Shown piece after piece: positions 3,823-5,594 of a stretch of 5,594 nucleotides of DNA. The notes under the pieces were generated by a model, which saw only the letters and a list, made by a program, of their open reading frames with translations, was not told the DNA's origin and searched no databases. The stretch's first letter is position 1, and the number at the start of each line of letters is the position of its first letter. The stretch spans positions 1-5,594 of the IMG/VR virus record IMGVR_UViG_3300045988_021592, one strand, 5' to 3'. The stretch is from a virus. The position numbers were made by a program, and so were the translations under genes.

Positions 3823-4143
3823 TCATTCCCCATTCTGTTGTGGTTCTCCATTCTGTTGTGGTTCTCCATTCTGTTGTGGTTCTTCAGGCTTTTTCATTCC
3901 TTTACTCTTGGCTATTTTACTTGCGTTAGCTAAATCCATAGCCGATTGTGCTATTTCCCATTTGTCTGTCCTGATGTCATATTGAGGTAATACTCCGTCC
4001 TTTTTCTCTGTATAAATTATCGGTGCTCCGTCCGTGATTGGCTCGTTGTTTTCAATTAATTTTGATACTTTGATTTCGATTGATTCGCCCTCGAATGATT
4101 CTACAGACCCCATGAAATTTGGTATATATCTTGTTCTTTTCAT
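3823..4143 (-). CDS. Small 106-aa protein between VP1 and VP2, a possible assembly or scaffold-position protein. Function is uncertain. It has a C-terminal (EPQQNG)x3 repeat.
   Basis: ATG at 4141..4143 lies 10 nt after the VP1 stop. The core ...NNEPITDGAPIIYTEKKDGVLPQYDIRTDKWEIAQSAMDLANASKIAKSK resembles a small protein I recall from gut microviruses, but I cannot verify this. It does not resemble the gokushovirus VP3 scaffold motif as I recall it. The tail is basic and then becomes repetitive and acidic. Confidence 0.75.
   Translation of the reverse strand: MKRTRYIPNFMGSVESFEGESIEIKVSKLIENNEPITDGAPIIYTEKKDGVLPQYDIRTDKWEIAQSAMDLANASKIAKSKGMKKPEEPQQNGEPQQNGEPQQNGE
3826..3879 (-). repeat. In-frame 18-nt tandem repeat in three copies (one mismatch), encoding (EPQQNG)x3 at the extreme C-terminus of the 106-aa protein.
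   Basis: Plus-strand copies are ttccccattctgttgtgg (3826..3843), ttctccattctgttgtgg (3844..3861) and ttctccattctgttgtgg (3862..3879), followed by ttc. Confidence 0.9.
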
Positions 4144-4153
4144 ATTCTATTGA

Positions 4154-5594
4154 TTATAAGTTAGGTATTTGTTTTGCCGACATTACTCTTCTGGCTTCGA
4201 TTCCGAATCCGATTTGTACCCAGAAATTTTGACTTTCTGCTGATGTTTCCGCGAAAATATAATTATACTTACTCGGATCTATATAACTGGTATTGTCTAT
4301 TTCTGTACTTGTAAAATCTCCGTCTTTTGGCTCAAATATTCTGTTCAGTACCATGAATGCTTCATTACCGTTCTCAGCGAATGTTCCGTAAGTTTTGTTG
4401 AAGTTGGTCATGTAGTCTACCCATGCCACCGTCTTGCCGTACGCAACGTTATCTGTTACCCACCCTGCTGCTTTACAGGTTAATAAGTCCTGATATCCTA
4501 TACCGTCTAACGCTGGTTTGTGCAGGTCATTTAGCGTTGTAAAGTATATGTCAAAATCATTTCCTTGGCAATAATCTACGCGAGGTGTAATACTGGCTAT
4601 TCCCATTATGTAACAAGGCTCTGTTACTTTTATATGAAGTTTTCCTCCCTTTTTCGATGTATTGATACCTCTTCCTGCTAATGTTCCTAATGGCTCGTCG
4701 ACTGTTGATGAATTACTTACAACTTCTTGGAATTCTATTTCACTTGACAATCCACCCTCGTACATGGGTGTTTCTGTATGCATATTCCATTCAGATGTGT
4801 ACACTGTTTCGACCCAATCTTGGTAAGTACCTCCGCTCACCGCAATTCTATTTAACATATCATACACTTTCTTTGACAAGTTTAGCTGGTCTATTGTAAA
4901 TTTATCTCCTGCTGTGCTGATTGCTGTTATTGCGCTGATTCCGTTCTCTCCGCTTACCCATTCTGTCTTAATCCAATTGTTGAAAATATCACTTTGGTAT
5001 GTTTTAATTAATAATCCGCATCCTGCTTCTTTCAGATTCCATTTAGTGTTGGTTTCTCCTAGTACGTTACTGAAGTATGAATTTGTTGTTTTGCCTATTT
5101 CAATTTGATTTTTGCCCGCTGCAAGTATTTTTTCTCGTAGTTCGTCTAATTCTGTTAATTTCGCATTAGCTATTGGGCCTTTTCGTGTGTCTGTTGCGAA
5201 TCCTCCTAGTTTTCCGTATACTATTGTACCGTCTGATTTTCTAGTGTATTTTATGTCTTTCCCCGACTGTGTTATGGTAAAATGAGCTTTTAAATAGCTT
5301 GGTTCATAATATTTAGTTTTACCGTTTTTTATATATTGTACTATTGTGTAGTCTACTATGTCTATATTAGCATCTTTTATTAGGAAATATCCTGATGTTA
5401 TTGCTGGTTCTCCTGTTATAGCCGAATATACTATGTTGGTATCGTCTACTTTGTAAGCTCTATCAAATTTGCCTATCCAGTAGTACTGCTCTTCTTGTTT
5501 GTTCGCATAGTAATTCTTGAATATATCTAAGTATGCTAACCATGGAACCGCCTGTCCTCTTACCCTGTTTTTATTTGTCTTCCAGTCCCCTATT
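4154..5594 (-). CDS. VP1: Major capsid protein VP1, C-terminal part. 5540..5594 is the duplicated overlap. The whole protein is 627 aa and ends with TAA at 4154..4156.
   Basis: The track ORF 4154..4879 starts at an in-frame TTG only because no start codon lies upstream in that frame. I translated 4880..5594 in the same frame and found no stop: ...WLAYLDIFKNYYANKQEEQYYWIGKFDRAYKV...GKLGGFATDTRKGPIANAKLTELDELREKILAAGKNQIEIGK...IKTEWVSGENGISAITAISTAGDKFTIDQLN-LSKKVYDMLNR... Codon 5591..5593 equals 52..54, so the frame joins the 1..498 segment. The C-terminus ...FWVQIGFGIEARRVMSAKQIPNL is typical of VP1 proteins. Confidence 0.93.
   Translation of the reverse strand, partial: IGDWKTNKNRVRGQAVPWLAYLDIFKNYYANKQEEQYYWIGKFDRAYKVDDTNIVYSAITGEPAITSGYFLIKDANIDIVDYTIVQYIKNGKTKYYEPSYLKAHFTITQSGKDIKYTRKSDGTIVYGKLGGFATDTRKGPIANAKLTELDELREKILAAGKNQIEIGKTTNSYFSNVLGETNTKWNLKEAGCGLLIKTYQSDIFNNWIKTEWVSGENGISAITAISTAGDKFTIDQLNLSKKVYDMLNRIAVSGGTYQDWVETVYTSEWNMHTETPMYEGGLSSEIEFQEVVSNSSTVDEPLGTLAGRGINTSKKGGKLHIKVTEPCYIMGIASITPRVDYCQGNDFDIYFTTLNDLHKPALDGIGYQDLLTCKAAGWVTDNVAYGKTVAWVDYMTNFNKTYGTFAENGNEAFMVLNRIFEPKDGDFTSTEIDNTSYIDPSKYNYIFAETSAESQNFWVQIGFGIEARRVMSAKQIPNL
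5540..5594. repeat. Terminal overlap, copy 2. Duplicate of 1..55. The unique genome is 1..5539.
   Basis: Base-for-base identity with 1..55. A 55-nt overlap is what a de Bruijn assembler leaves on a circular contig at k=55. Confidence 0.95.

Noticed and set aside
3826-3879. The 18-nt tandem repeat as a CRISPR-like or satellite array.
   Set aside because: The units are directly adjacent with no spacers. They are in frame and lie inside a CDS. It is a coding tandem repeat.

Overview
The window is a complete, circularly closed ssDNA Microviridae genome. Its unique length is 5,539 nt, and 1..55 is an exact copy of 5540..5594, which looks like an assembly overlap. Gene content and protein motifs resemble the Bacteroidetes-associated (Alpavirinae-like) microviruses. 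This placement rests on remembered family motifs, not on a search. All seven credible genes lie on the minus strand and appear to form one transcription unit, in this order. (1) A Bacteroides-type promoter with a -33 TTTG and a -7 TAttTTTG at 1212..1244. (2) orfA, 85 aa. (3) orfB, 71 aa, lipoprotein-like. (4) orfC, 72 aa, acidic. (5) Major capsid protein VP1, 627 aa, which crosses the contig junction (498..1, then 5539..4154), so about two thirds of it is missing from the supplied ORF track. (6) A 106-aa small protein with an (EPQQNG)x3 tail. (7) Pilot/minor capsid protein VP2, 347 aa. (8) HUH replication initiator VP4, about 310 aa. (9) An intrinsic terminator at 1702..1723. orfB, orfC and VP1 are chained by two ATGA stop/start overlaps. 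The roughly 410-nt non-coding region (1288..1701) is modular. It contains an AT-rich block of iteron-like repeats and a visibly GC-richer island (about 1300..1420). The island carries the d(GCGAAGC) mini-hairpin heptamer once on each strand, an 8-bp palindrome and a C4/G4 hairpin. I see no tRNA, rRNA, CRISPR array, integrase or transposase. The most interesting leads are the coupled small-ORF module with a lipoprotein-like gene, which could be a lysis, exclusion or anti-defence function (none is defined for this virus group), and the structured non-coding region as a candidate pair of replication origins. All functional assignments come from reading motifs by eye and need HMM or BLAST confirmation.
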